Below, one piece after another: positions 1-12,427 of a stretch of DNA of 64,000 nt. The translations under genes were made by a program, and so were the position numbers. A model generated the notes under the pieces. That model was not told where the DNA came from. It searched no databases and worked only from the letters and a program-made list of their open reading frames with translations. Positions within the stretch are counted from its first letter, which is position 1. Every line of letters begins with the position of its first letter. The stretch lies in the NCBI GenBank assembly GCA_052327205.1, contig CM126209.1, positions 39,866,001 through 39,930,000 on the forward strand, given 5' to 3'. The stretch comes from Somniosus microcephalus (taxonomy: Eukaryota).

Positions 1-137
1 ATTTTCTGACCAATGGCCCGAATGCTTTTGTTGACGGACTCCATGAAAAGTAGGATGATCTTTTCAGGATCCGAGGGCAGCCCATAATTCAAGGCTGGTG
101 CTACGGTGTGGATTGCTGAGCTTGTCAATGATTGATA

Positions 138-499
138 AGAAAGAAAAAAAATTGCATTTATATAGCACTTTTCACATCTTCAGGGCATCAATGGATTACT
201 TTTGAAGTGCAGTTACTGTTTTTTGAAGTGTAATCACTGCAAATGTGACATCCAATTTGCACACACCAAGATCCCGTACACAGCAATGAGATGAATGACC
301 AGTTAATTAGTTTGGTGGTGTTGGCTGAGGAATGAATGTTACCTAAGACAGCAGAACTCCCCGAACAGGCAGACATGACCTCAGTTTAATGTCTTATCTG
401 AAGGATAGCACTCCCTAATGCTGCACTTGGAGAGGGGCTTTGACCCCACAATTTTCTGACTCAGAGGCAAAAGGGCTACCACTGAGCCAATCTGACACT
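138..499 (-). mobile_element. tRNA-headed SINE (Deu-domain / SacSINE1-like) with L2-type tail, degraded
   Basis: The minus strand starts with an A box (TGGCTCAGTGG) and a B-box-like GGGTCAAAGCCC. It ends in GCTATATAAATGCAAT-(T)n like the copies at 11395, 41785 and 43345. Confidence 0.75.
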
Positions 500-827
500 G
501 TAATCCAGAAAACCTAGAAAGCAGTTAGAAAGAACAACTACAGCTCGCAAATAGGCACAAAGATGCAAAAATGGAACTGTAGACAATGTTGTCTATTATG
601 TTTTCATCATGGGTCAAGGTTTTTCAAACATTGTAATTTTAATGGCCCAGAAATTCGGGTCTCCACGGGTGAGTACGTGCTGGGTACTCACCCGTAGGCC
701 CAATGGAAGTGCCGGTTTCCTGCATGCATTGCACATGCACAGGAAACCGGCACTTCCGTTCCCCTGAAAGAAGAGGTTCACAGTTCGAACACGTGCGCAG
801 CAGAGGCAGCGCGTGCGCATCGAACTT

Positions 828-2490
828 AACATAGAAGCATAGAAACATAGAAGTCAGGAGCAGGAGTAGGCCATTCGGCCCCTCGAGCCTGCTCCGCCAT
901 TCAATGCGATCATGGCTGATCATCCAAATTCAGTACCCGGTCCCTGCTTTCTCCCCATACCCCTTGATCCCTTTAGCCTTAAGAAATATATCCAACTCCT
1001 GCTTGAATATATTTAATGTATTGGCCTCTACTGCCTTCTGTGGTAGAGAATTCCACAGGTTCACCACTCTCTGGATGAAGAAATTCCTCATTTCTGTCCT
1101 AAATGGCCTACCCCTTATCCTTAGACTGTGACCCCTGGTTCTGGACTCCCCGACCATCGGGAACATCCTTCCTGCATCTAGTCTGTCCACTCCTGTCAGA
1201 ATTTTATAAGTTTCAATGAGATCCCCTCTCATTCTTCTAAACTCCAGCGAGTATAAGCCCAATCGACCCAATCTCTCCTCATACGTCATTCTTCGCTGAA
1301 CTCCTTCCATGTGAAGAACATCCTTCCTCAGATAAGGCGACCAAAACTGCACACAATACTCAAGATGTGGTCTCACCAAGGCCCTGTACAACTGCAGCAA
1401 GACATCCTTGTTCCTGTACTCAAACCTTCCTGTTCTTGCCACCAAAGTGGATAACCTCGCATTTATCCACGTTATATTGCATCTGCCATGCTTTTGCCCA
1501 ATCACCCAACCTGTCCAAATCATCCTGGAGTTTCTCGGCATCCTCCTTACAGCACACACGCCCACCCAGCTTTGTGTCATCTGCAAACTTGGAGATATTA
1601 CATCTTGTTCCCTTGTCTAGATCATTAATATATATTGTGATAGCTGGGGCCCAAGGACCGATCCCTGCGGTACCCCACTAGTCACTTGCTTGCCACTCGG
1701 AAAAAGACCCGTTTATTCCAACTCTTTGCTTTCTGTCTGCCAACCAGTTCTCTATCCAAGTCAATACCTTGCCCCCAATCCCATGTGCCTTAACTTTACA
1801 CGCTAATCTCTTATGCGGGACCTTATCAAAAGCCTTCTGAAAGTCCAAATACACCACATCCATTGGTTCTCCCTTACCTATTTTACCAGTTACATCCTCA
1901 AAAAATCCCAGTAGATTAATCAAGCACGATTTACCTTTTGTAAATCCATGTGGACTTTGTCCGATCCTGTCACTGTTTTCCAAGTGCTCTGCTATTACAT
2001 CTTTTATAATGGACTCTAGCATTTTCCCCACTACCGATGTAATTCCCCTTTTTCTCTCTACCACCTTTTTTGAATAGTGGGGTAACATTAGCTACCCTCC
2101 AATCCATGGGTACTGTTCCAGATTCCATCGAATGCTGGAAGATGATCAGCAAAGCATTAACTATTTCTAGGGCCACTTCCTTAAGTACCCTAGGATGTAG
2201 ATTATCAGGCCCTGGGGATTTATCGGCCTTCAATCCCATCAATTTCCCTACAAATACTGATTTATTTCAGTTCCTCCCTTTCATCAGATCCTATGTTCCC
2301 CGATATCTCTGGGAGGTTATTTGTGTCCTCCTTTGTGAAGACAGAACCAAAATATGTATTTAATTGGTCTGCCATTTCTTTGTTCCCCATTATAAATTCC
2401 CCTGATTCTGACTGCAAGGGACCTACGCTTGACTTCACCAATCTTTTTCTCTTCACATATCTATAAAAGCTTTTACAGTCAGTTTTTATG
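828..2490 (-). mobile_element. CR1-clade LINE, 5'-truncated, with frameshifts
   Basis: Minus-strand ORF fragments include KSPGPDNLHPRVLKE, VYLDFQKAFDKVPH and LYRALVRPHLEYCVQFWSP. The 3' tail is (TTCTATG)n-like. Confidence 0.95.
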
Positions 2491-2653
2491 TTCGTTTTTT
2501 TTTGCAGGTTTTCCCAGGAGGGTAAGTCTGCAGAAGTTAGACATGTAAAAAGCAGGCGTAAGGCCCGCTTTTTACAAGGTAAGTGGTGAATTAATTAAAA
2601 TTAAAACATTTTTTCCACAGGTTTATTATTTTTAAATACTTTAAAGCAAGGTA

Positions 2654-2982
2654 CAGGAAACTTTGGTTTATCCAGAGGTTAACTGTCCGGAATGCTCGAG
2701 CCACCGGCAAAAATCAGGAGGCGTTTCGTTAGTTTTTTTTTCTTTTCGTTGCTTTTTTTTCACCAGTCAGGCTCTGCAAGGTCTCGCTGAAGCTGTTGCT
2801 AAGCTACAGAGACGCTTGCAAGGTACGGCCGACTGTTTAGAAGCTGTTGCTAACAGGGTTTGTTGTCAGATACGGAGCTCAAAATCTCCGTATGTTTCAA
2901 CATTAGCGCTGGTTTGTCCGGCAGTTTTGATGGGACGGCAACAGCTCGGTCCCGTCGGTGCCGGATAGCACAAAGTTTCCTG
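2654..2982. mobile_element. Tc1/mariner-type MITE
   Basis: TIR CAGGAAACTTTG...CAAAGTTTCCTG with TA target duplication (2652-53 / 2983-84). It is absent at the equivalent site of the 33352 copy. A second copy lies at 46184. Confidence 0.9.
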
Positions 2983-3469
2983 TAAGTTTATTTCTAGCCC
3001 CGTTAGAAAATAAAATTATTTTTTTCAAAAATTTAAATTATTGTTTAAAATAGTTATTTCATGTAATTTATAGTTTATTTAAAAAATGTGATGTTTTTAA
3101 AAAATTTATTTGAAGATTTAGTGATGTTTTAGGGCCGTAGTATTTATAAGTTTTGACAGCTCTTCCTGTCAAACTTATGAATGGAGCATTTCCATGGCCC
3201 ACGTGATCCCAGGGGACGCATCGAACTAACTGCGCCCCTGGGATACGCAAGCACTGTGCGCCGGCAGCTGGAGCAGGCCCAGGATCGCAATCCCACGGGG
3301 CCCCACAGCTCAACGGCCGGCGCGCTAGGTAAGTGCAGGTCGGGGGCTTGCACCCGCGGGAAGCCCCCGACCCAAGTTTCTGGGCCATTATGACCTTTTA
3401 GAAAACTTAGCCATGTGGATGATTCTGGTAACTCTACCACTCTTGTCCCACATGTCCATCACCATCATC

Positions 3470-3720
3470 CTCCAAGGTACTAAATGTAAAATCTTTGTCC
3501 CCGTCTATAAATCTCTCCACGGCCTTGCCCCATTCTATCTCTGAAAGCTCCTCTAGCCTTATAATTCCTCTTGAGCACTCTATTCTTCTGAATCCAGCCT
3601 TTTGATTATCCTCCCTTCTTTTGTCCCACCACCACGTGTAGAGACTTCAGTCACTTCAATCCTATTCTCTGGATCGCCCTCCCTAAACCTCTCTGCCTCC
3701 CACCTTTCTCTTCCATTGCC
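3470..3720 (+). mobile_element. Degraded L2 LINE 3' fragment
   Basis: Resembles the L2 3' end at about 24390-24620 (aaatctctccacggccttgcccc...ctatctctg). Confidence 0.6.
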
Positions 3721-4077
3721 CCGCCAGCCCAACCCCCCCCCTCCCCATATCCTTCTCCCACCACACACTGGAATTTGCAGTGCTTTTTGTGCAGGCAGAA
3801 ACCTGGAGGATCTGGGTTCTAACCCAATTTCGGGCTCCTCCGCTAAGCGATCCATCTGCTCTGACCACAGAATTTCAGTACCCAGGTCATCATTGCAGCT
3901 GGCCTTAACAAATCTGGTAGGTTTACCTTTGGTGATGCCATTGCCACTGTGCACAACAGGCACTGACATCAGGGACAGTATAAAAATGGCTTAATAGTGT
4001 TTGATGTAAGGGCAAAACATAATATGACATTATACACATATGGCAGCTTTTATGTGCTGATACTACTTAAACCTTAC

Positions 4078-4226
4078 CTTAATTTTCTGAACTGGATCAG
4101 CAAATTGTTTGATTGAGGTGTTTTTGATCAATTCTGTAGGCTCTGGTACCTGAAGCAGCCAGCAGTTGTCCTGGGAGGATACTCTGCCGTTCCAATTCCT
4201 CAGATCCAAACAGAATACTCCTTGTC
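4078..4226 (-). CDS. Internal coding exon of a NERD-like-domain host gene: (G)QGVFCLDLRNWNGRVSSQDNCWLLQVPEPTELIKNTSIKQFADPVQKIK
   Basis: Acceptor ttatattttag| and donor AAG|gtaagg. The exon is 149 nt and open only in the frame that matches the phase-1 end of the 10055 exon. The sequence is non-repetitive. Confidence 0.8.
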
Positions 4227-5138
4227 CTAAAATATAATCAGCCATGTCAACAAATTTGGTTACAAGCAGACTGAATATTGGGGTATTCACTGAACTGTGA
4301 TGCTTTACAGCAATAAACATCAAGTGTCGCAAAGAGTTGAACCAAATCAGAGACAAATAGTTCAATCAATAGAAAAATATAATTCATTTTTACTCAAACT
4401 CTGATGAATCGAGATACTTTTTTTTATTTGTCTCAGTCTAACCCCTCAAAATAACTATGAGATCAACCAATGTTAGATTCATTATCAAATGTATCAAGGC
4501 AACCAATCAAATCCAGAGTTGCACCAGTTCCATTCCATGGAACAAGGTCAGGTTCAATCCTGGTGAAGAAGTGAAATTATTTCTCTAGTTCACCCTCCCC
4601 CAAAACCACTTAAATAATTATAATGCAAGAATATAATTAAAAGGACAGTACACTCATCTAAATTTCTACATATAATTCTGATGTTCCTCAGTAAAGTGCC
4701 TGCACAGTTACTGGTGCACACCAATCATTCTTTGTTGCTATTAATTCTTCCAGGCAGGGTAGATCAAAGGTACATATTTTACGCAGGATCTTTCCTTCAG
4801 TAATATTATGAAGTTCAATGCAGTGACAGCAAGGGGCCGATAATTTGGCTGCCATGCAGTGCCGCCGATGCCAGCGTTGTTAAGGAGTTCCAAGCGCCTG
4901 CGCATGAAAGAGTTGACCTCACGCAATAACTCAAGGCCGTCTCATTACATCATTTACTAACACTCTGGGCGCATCTGTCATGATGCACCAGGTGTGCCAG
5001 GGCCACATTACTGGAAGTCAGCATCCAGTGAAGAACTCTGCCTGTTATGCACCTCGCAGTTTCCCATCGTGGGGTGGAGAGGGGCATAGGGCACAGGGCA
5101 GAGGCATAGGGACACCAGGCATGGAGCAGAGATACATA

Positions 5139-6910
5139 GGGCTGGGTTTTACCATCCTCGGTGCGTCCGTGGCGGGCAACGTCGGTGGCAGGTTCCGGCC
5201 TCACTGCTGGCTCCAGCCCGCTGTCCAAAATTATTTTCCCCTGATTGGGCTTGTTAAGGAATTTGTGCATTTGCTGGCCATTGAAGGAAGCGGGTCTGAT
5301 GACTTCATTCAATGACGCGTCATCAGCTGGTTTCCTTAAAGAGACCGTGCGCAAATTAATTTTGACATTGTGCTGTCAGTGTTTTACAACATTGAGCTAC
5401 TGCAAACACTGACAAGCACTGCACAAAGGTGCAGGGCTGCACCCAGGCTCTCCCATGACTCCCTCCATATGCATATGGAGGGAGTCACAGCACGCAGCGG
5501 GGTTCTCTTCCCTTCCAATGGGTGGAGGAGACCTGGCCAGGAGATCAACGCAGCCTGGTTGCACATTGCACAAGCAGGGATGTCATCAGGAGGACCAGGC
5601 TGCTGGTTGGCCAACCTTTCAATGATCACAGTAGATCACGAAAAGTTACTGCAAAGCCACACTCAACCTCATCCTACTGTGCCACTCATCACATCCATAT
5701 CACTCTGCCTTCCCTACCCTACTCCTGCACATCCTTACTCGCACCAACTTACCTTGCACCTCCACCCATCCCTCTCTATCTACATTATCCCCTCCCCATC
5801 TCACTAGCCACCCCACACACTCACCCTCATCCTAGTCCAATCATACCAACTAACAACACACAAGGGTAGGCACTTGTGTGTTTTAGCTAATGTTCATGTG
5901 AAGTTTCTGTTAATGTGCTGTCAAACATTGAAATCTTTATTTTCAACACGTTGCGTTCTTGGACAGATTTGTGTGAACATTTGGAAGTGGCTTATTGAGT
6001 TGCAGTGAATGGTGAGACATAACGGTACCCCCCGCAATGGTGATGAGTGTGAAAGGAATGGCTTGGGCATTGTAGAGATCCTTTATGGTGTAGGTGTGGG
6101 GTGGTGCCAACCTGGCACATCATGTGGCAGCCAGGGTGTACAGCGTCAAGTGAAGTAAATCTGGCCATGGTGATGCCATCCCTGGCATCCCGGGCAGCAA
6201 TGTGGTCAGGTGCTGATGCCCTGTGCAGCATCAGTTGATTGCGGGGAAGGTTGGTGTTGTTGTTGGTGCTGCTTGGTTGCCTGGTGCTGCTGTTGTTGGG
6301 GCTGATCATGGTGGGATTCTGAGGATCAAGGCGAGACAGTATAAACAGTACCCATTCTGATGTAATAGATGGCAGGTGAACTTGAGATGGCAGAAGCAAT
6401 CTGTCAATGGTGAGAGAGGTTGTTCCAATGAGGTGACACTGGATAGAGAGTTTGCGCCAAACACTTGCAACCTGCATAAAGCTCAAAACCTGTCTTCCAA
6501 ATGCAGTAAGCAACAACTTCTGAGCTTGGAAAGTAAACAGCTGTGAGTTGGGAGCTTTTATAGCACATATGCAGCTGTCAAGTAATGAGATGATTCCATG
6601 GTCATTCAGCTCCCGCCCTGCTTACCTGTGGTGATCCCTGAGCAGCATAGACCCCGTGGGCGACCTGGTAAACACTGAAGGTGAGCTGAAAATAGTTCTT
6701 AATCCTCTCGTAACAAGGTCATAATGACCTGAATTGCCTCCCCCGCCGCTGCGTGTCGGGTCTGCTCAGTAATGACAGTCCCGACATTTGGGAAAGGCAT
6801 GTGGTGGCGGGTTAACAGCGGGGTCCCAACCCGCTGTCAACATTTTTTTCCCCACCCGACCTGCCACCAATCGCGCCTACTGACCCCCCCGCAAATGTCT
6901 CCCCCCCCCC
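5139..6910 (+). mobile_element. Non-autonomous Harbinger deletion derivative (Myb/SANT exon remnant on +, degraded transposase-side sequence on -)
   Basis: Begins GGGCTGGGTTTT with ATA on both flanks. A remnant reads RAAPRLS...VLFPSNG...AAWLHIA. It is colinear with 26387-28204. Confidence 0.75.
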
Positions 6911-7193
6911 ATAATGTTTAAAGGCAGCCTCCCTTTCAGCGCCCATTCCCATTTTAACTTAAAGTCGGGTAACTAATGAGCCTAGGGTACAAGTTATGCA
7001 CTGGCTTCCGGCCCCCTCTGTGCTGGCCCCTTGCATTTGGGGCATGGTGAACATCTTGGGTACGTTGTAGGTTGGAAACACTGCCATTATATTATCAGCC
7101 GCTACGATTCTTACATCTGTCCCTCTATCCATATCAATGACATCATGAAGATCTGTTCCAATTATATCACGTAGCAGGCGATACCACACAAAG

Positions 7194-7375
7194 GGGTGAA
7201 ATTGGTTTTCACCAGTAGCGCGAAATGGGCGATTGCAAATGGGCAGCCTGTTTCACACCGCACTCGATTTTCTTTTCTCTTGATATCAATGGAGAAGAAA
7301 ATTGGGTCCAGTTCTAAATAGGCTGTCGATTCGCTATCACCTGTTTTGCACTACTGGCAAAGACCAATCTCACCC
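7194..7375. mobile_element. Old, fully palindromic MITE (Harbinger-like ends)
   Basis: Ends GGGTGAAATTGGT...ACCAATCTCACCC. The arms pair imperfectly along about 90 bp around a central TTGATATCAA. Confidence 0.7.
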
Positions 7376-7519
7376 TGAAAACATCTGTTTAAGTCTGCGT
7401 CTAACAGATAATTCAAAAATATAAAACACAGAACAAGGGGAGTTGAGACGAATCAGCAGGCAGACAATACTTTTCTTAATATTAATGATAGAATGATGTG
7501 GTAAATAAGCTGAATATAG

Positions 7520-7850
7520 ATTCGGCCTTGAGCTATGAAGTTAGACTTCATGCTTTGGGTTTGGATTCGCTGGAGAGGCACAGAGATAAAGGAGTGTCTG
7601 ATTCAGATATTTAAAATGATTAAGGTATATGATAGATGAATAGATTGCTTGAGGTGATGGGGCCAGTTTGAACTAGTAGCCACGCATTTAAAGTAAGGAA
7701 GCAGAGAGTGAGTTGGATGTGTGGAAGCTTTAATTTTCTCAAAAGGCTGATCGACCTGTGGAACGAGATTGTGGAGGTGGTAGTGAGGACTGATAGCTCG
7801 CAATCCTTCAAAAAGGCAATAGATACAGTTCTGGAAAAACTAAACATTCA
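7520..7850 (+). mobile_element. Degraded CR1-like LINE 3' fragment
   Basis: Remnant of the CR1 C-terminal region (SYE.RL..LGL.SLE..., FLKRLIDLWNE). Confidence 0.6.
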
Positions 7851-8988
7851 CGGCAGAAGGAAGTTAAGATTGCGGGTAATAACTAACAGGTTGGGGGCCT
7901 CCTCGGCCTTGCCCAATTGCCTATGAGGGGGTTGGAAAGTAATATGATAGCTGATTCCTGAATTGGCTACAAGTCTTTGTTATTTTCCTCGCCCAAGAGG
8001 TGTAGTGAGGATGGGTCAGTACGATAAGTCCAGCAAAGAGTGAGGCAAGCATGTATGAGCCTGATATCCTTTTCTCGTCCCAAGTACATAACAGAACACT
8101 GGCGCTAATAGCACGGAGATTTGCCCAAAGGAAGCATATACCAGGAAATCGAACTGAAGGTCAGCAGGATAAATCTACAGTAAAACTGTCTTGGTCATGC
8201 CTCACAGGGCAGTAGTACATGAAGCTACAGTCTCAAATTAGAGGTAAATATATCCAAAGACTATTATAAAGATTTAGTTCAGTATAGTTTGAAGAGAATG
8301 TGCTTCAAGCTTCATTGTTAATTCTTCTGTGTATTTACATTTATGTACATGAATTTGATCTCTTGCATTTAAAATATCTAAGGTTTATTGGTCTTTTGTG
8401 CAGTGAAAAAATTTTGACCGAAGGTTAAAATGTTACATTTATAATGACTTTCCTTTACTCGCTCCCCATTTCCATTTATTACTATTCCCTTTGATCATCT
8501 TCTTTGTGCTTTTAATTTGTGAGAAATTAGCACTAAATCAACAATTTTACTCAAACAGACCATAAGAGCTGACAATCACTAGTAACTGGGTTACGACTGC
8601 CTAACTTATTCAAACTTTGGTCCCACAGGAGAAAGTAAAGTCTTCAACACAGTGTACCACTCAGAGATCTTTCATGTTTGCTTTCAATTAGTTAATTTCA
8701 AATTTGTTAGTTGCCATTGGATATCACCCCTCTCCTCTGTTATTGACAATCACCAATCATTTCCACAGAGGTTCTCCTGATCATCCACAATATGGCATTT
8801 ATGCCGTTTCTCCGGGGTTTCCAAAGCTACTGAGGACAATCGGAAGAACCATTGTGGACATTCTACCCCAATATCTTTAAAGAGAAGTAGAAGTGCTTAA
8901 ACACCTTTTCCAAAATACTTGTAACACACCAGCAGTTTTTAAAGCATCCGGCTAAAAAATGTGTTCTGAACACAATGGCAGTAACATT

Positions 8989-9670
8989 CGGCCAGATATT
9001 CCGATCCCTACAGGTGGGTACATGCTGTGTACCCACCCGTAGGGACATCGGAAATGCCGGTTTCTGGCATGAACTGCGCATGCGCTGAAAACCGGCATTT
9101 CCAATCTGTCAAGAATGGTCTTGACAGATCCTCCGGCTGCCTGGGAGAAGAGCCTCTGCAGGCGGATAGTTCCGCTTTTTAGAGACCCTCTGCCCGCAGA
9201 AAACCCTTACAATTCTTACGGCTGGTAAAAGCAGGCGTAAGGTCTGCTTTTACCAGGATAAGAGTAGAAAAAAAGTTTAAAAACATTTTTTTTTCACTGA
9301 TTTATCATTTAAAAATACTTTAAAAAAGGTGATTATTTTTAGCCCTGTAAAGTACTTAATTATTTTTTCAAAAAATTACATTTTTGTTTAAAATACTTAA
9401 TTTATTGTAATTTCAAGTCATTTTAAAAATGTGATTTAAAAAAAAATGTATTTAAAGTTTTACTGTACTATGTTTTTTCATTGATCTCCATTCATATATT
9501 TGACAGGTCTTCCTGTCAAATGTATGAAGGGAGATTCCCTTCTGTGATTGGCATCTCATGGCCCATGTGATCCCAGGGACGCTGCGAACTACATGCGCCC
9601 CTGGGATATGTGGGCCCTGCACACTTGGAGTTTGGTGAGGCCCAGGAGCGGAAGTGTGTGCGTACGGGCC
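8989..9670. mobile_element. Divergent relative of MITE family A
   Basis: Same order of internal hairpins and AT-rich core as the 644 and 33352 copies. ATT on both flanks; the right TIR is largely lost. Confidence 0.75.
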
Positions 9671-10054
9671 ATTGTATTAGAAGAAAAATAAACAATAAGC
9701 ATGCCTGCGGTGTCTGTGATACTTTTGTAACTTTATAAACTTTAAGTGGAGCCAATACCTACAATTTATTCTTGCACTGTCCTGAAGCACTATATGCATG
9801 CTTAAACTTCACTCACAGCATGAGAACTGTCTAATTCAATAATAATGATGTTCCTGATGTTAAAATAATCTAACATTTAATAGTTATTTTTCCAGTCGTC
9901 ATATGACTTAATTTCAGTTTACATCGGTGATCTGTTACAACTGATAGCATCTCTTACTGCTTGCATGCAGACACAAGCTAAACATTATAGTAGTGAGTCC
10001 TTTAGAGGCATCAACAAAAAACTTTGTCTTACAGTTTGAAAACAAGATATGCAC

Positions 10055-10155
10055 CTGTGAGAACAACAACATTGATCTCCTCTTTCGATTTCTGAAACTG
10101 GTCTGGGACTCGCAGATTACAGAAAATTGCTTCTTTTGCCAATCCACCCAGCAAT
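10055..10155 (-). CDS. Internal coding exon of the NERD-like host gene: (R)LLGGLAKEAIFCNLRVPDQFQKSKEEINVVVLT(G)
   Basis: Acceptor ttttcttaaag| and a weak donor CAG|gtgcat. It is 101 nt, phase 2 to phase 1, and joins both neighbouring exons in frame. Confidence 0.78.
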
Positions 10156-10234
10156 CTTTAAGAAAATATATAAAGTAACAGTTTAATGAAAATGTATTTC
10201 CATTCATTTCTCTAAGCTTAACTTAAGGAATTAT

Positions 10235-10891
10235 GGCCTATAAATTCGGTGATGCCCCGCCAGCACGTTTGCGCTGGAAATTTAGCGCCCGCCGCCGAGC
10301 CAGTTGTGCCCACCCCAAATTCACTTTGTGGGTGGGCACAACTGGCTGAATTTCAGCGCTGCCGGTCCCGCTGCGTCACCCGATGCGGTGCGGCAGGCTG
10401 CTGTACTGCAGGCCTCCCCCTTCTCTTAAGGGGGAGCTGCCTGCAATGGCCGGAGCCCCGTTGAAAGTGCCGGCAAAAGAGCCCGGCACAACGGCGAAGT
10501 GCCGGGCTCCACGGAAACCAGCCGGCAATGCCGCGGGGGGGGGGGGGGTGGTGGAGGAGGCCGGGGAAGGAGGTGCGGGCAGGCGGCCGCCGAAAAAGCG
10601 GCCGGCCGCACCTCCGCTTTAAATAGCGCCTCTAAGGCTGCAGCACGGCCCGGTCTTCACAACGTTGTTAGCGGCCGCCAGGGAAGAGGCGGCCGCTACT
10701 GAGGATGGGGATCGGCGTGGTTTCGGCCGTTACCGGGGCACTGCGCACACCGATAACGTCATCGGTGCCGGCGCAGCGCTACCGGCTAACGCCGATGTTA
10801 GGGCGCACCTAATTTCGGACGCAGCGTTGCTTCCGGCGCAAACCACTGTAACGCCCCTAAGTGGGCGTAAACGCTACCGAATTTCTAGGCC
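10235..10891. mobile_element. GC-rich Harbinger-type MITE family B (divergent, opposite orientation to the 43793 and 56906 copies)
   Basis: TIR GGCCTATAAATTCGGT...ACCGAATTTCTAGGCC with TAT target duplication. Confidence 0.9.
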
Positions 10892-11394
10892 TATGTCTTC
10901 ACTGTTGGAGTCATTGACTTGTGGAATAGAATGCAGTAGATGCTGGCTCAGTTGAAGTATTCAGAAGGGATCTCAATCAATTCCTGATTTAACAAATGCA
11001 CAAGGGATAAAACAATTGGTTGGACTGAGTCATGAAACAGGACCTGGGTGACAAGAGTGAGCCAAATGGGGTGCTTTCTATTTTCTTATGTTCTTAACTA
11101 TTATTAATAATCACAATACAGGCAGTGTGGAGCACATCACATTGAATAGTAACTGCATGGATCAGTAGGACACAGGGTTGTACTGGGTATCACCACAGAA
11201 TACATTTTCAATCCTGGACATGCCACATGGAAAGCCCTGAGTGGATGCCATACATTTCTTCACAGGTAAGGAGGCAACTAATTATTCCTTCACACACCCC
11301 TCAGAGACCTAAGAGTAGATACTGCATCTGCTCAATTGACAAAAGGGTGATGGAGGCAAATTCAATGGTGCATAATACGGGGAGATCCAAAGCA

Positions 11395-11630
11395 AGAAAA
11401 AAGAAAGACTTGCATTTATATAGCGCCTTTCACGACCACCAGACGTCCCAAAGTGCTTTACAGCCAATGAAGAATTTTTGAAGTGTTGTCACTGTTATAA
11501 TGTAGGAAACGCGGCAGCCAATTTGCACACAGCAAGCTTCCACAAACAGCAATGTGATAATGACCAGATAATCTGTTTTAGTGATGTTGATTGAGGGATA
11601 AATATTGGCCAGGACACCGGGGATAACTCC
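11395..11630 (-). mobile_element. SINE 3' portion (Deu-domain-like core plus tail)
   Basis: Reverse complement aligns with 43345-43563 and ends GGCGCTATATAAATGCAAGTCTTTCTT. Confidence 0.8.
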
Positions 11631-12427
11631 AAAGGAAAACAGGCAAGGGAAATAACAATTGAACATTATTCAATGCCAGAAATAATACTGATTTTAAAAG
11701 TTAGAATACTTTTTTTGTTCAAGTATTAGAATATCATTTAAAAATCTAAAATGGAAATTCATTTTGATTTTGAATTTTGTATGTTATCCCGGCTTGCAAT
11801 TGGAATAACTGGATGTAGTAACTCCGACTAAAACCAGTAGGAGTTGTTCAGTTAACTGTCTAAGCAGCATTGAGCACTTGTAATGAGCTTGCATTATTTC
11901 TACACTGATTTTGTACAGTTTTGGCATGTACAAAACAAAAGTAAAATGGAAGATGAATTTTAATACAGAGAAGTGTAAACTCTTACATTTTGCTTATATA
12001 GTTCTGTGTTCCATTTGCTTTGTTGCTAGATACTCTTCAGTGATTGGGTATTCTGAGTCTACTAAAACACCTAGGGCTAGATTTTCAGTATAGACAGTTT
12101 TGGGGCGCTAACCTTAGCGCCCGCCCGAAGTTAGCGCCCGCCCCAAAGTAGCGCCCCGTTGCCGGAAATTCAGTGGCTTCGCCCTAAGAGATTGGTGGAG
12201 CGCTAAAAGAGGCGTTCCACTCCTATCTTTAGGCGCTAAGCCGGCGGTCCAGAGGGATAGCGCCCAGGCGGGGCGCAGCGCGGGTGCGGTCATTTTTGGA
12301 CTGACAGCAGACCCCGTGGCGCCGACCAGCTCTTAAAGGGGGAAGGGACGAATTGGTCTGCTGCCACGCCCTGCACACTGCAGCCTTGCAAAGAGGCCTC
12401 AACACTGCTGCTCAGCCCCAGGGAGTC

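Larger units (their letters stand above)
644..3386. mobile_element. Harbinger-type MITE family A, interrupted by a CR1 LINE and a Tc1/mariner MITE
   Basis: TIRs GGCCCAGAAATT...GTTTCTGGGCC. After removing the two insertions it is colinear with the uninterrupted copy at 33352-34076. Flanks are AAT/ATT. Confidence 0.9.

Noticed and set aside
1-140. Open minus-strand frame (SYQSLTSS...IRAIGQK) as the next exon of the host gene
   Set aside because: No acceptor (it abuts a SINE tail) and no resemblance to the expected continuation of the domain.
4400-4420. CTGATGA box here and at 44521
   Set aside because: No downstream GAAA box with flanking stems.
8750-8875. Possible cassette exon on the minus strand after ttctctttaaag
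   Set aside because: No good donor before the stop, and inclusion would split the VLT-GQG core of the domain.
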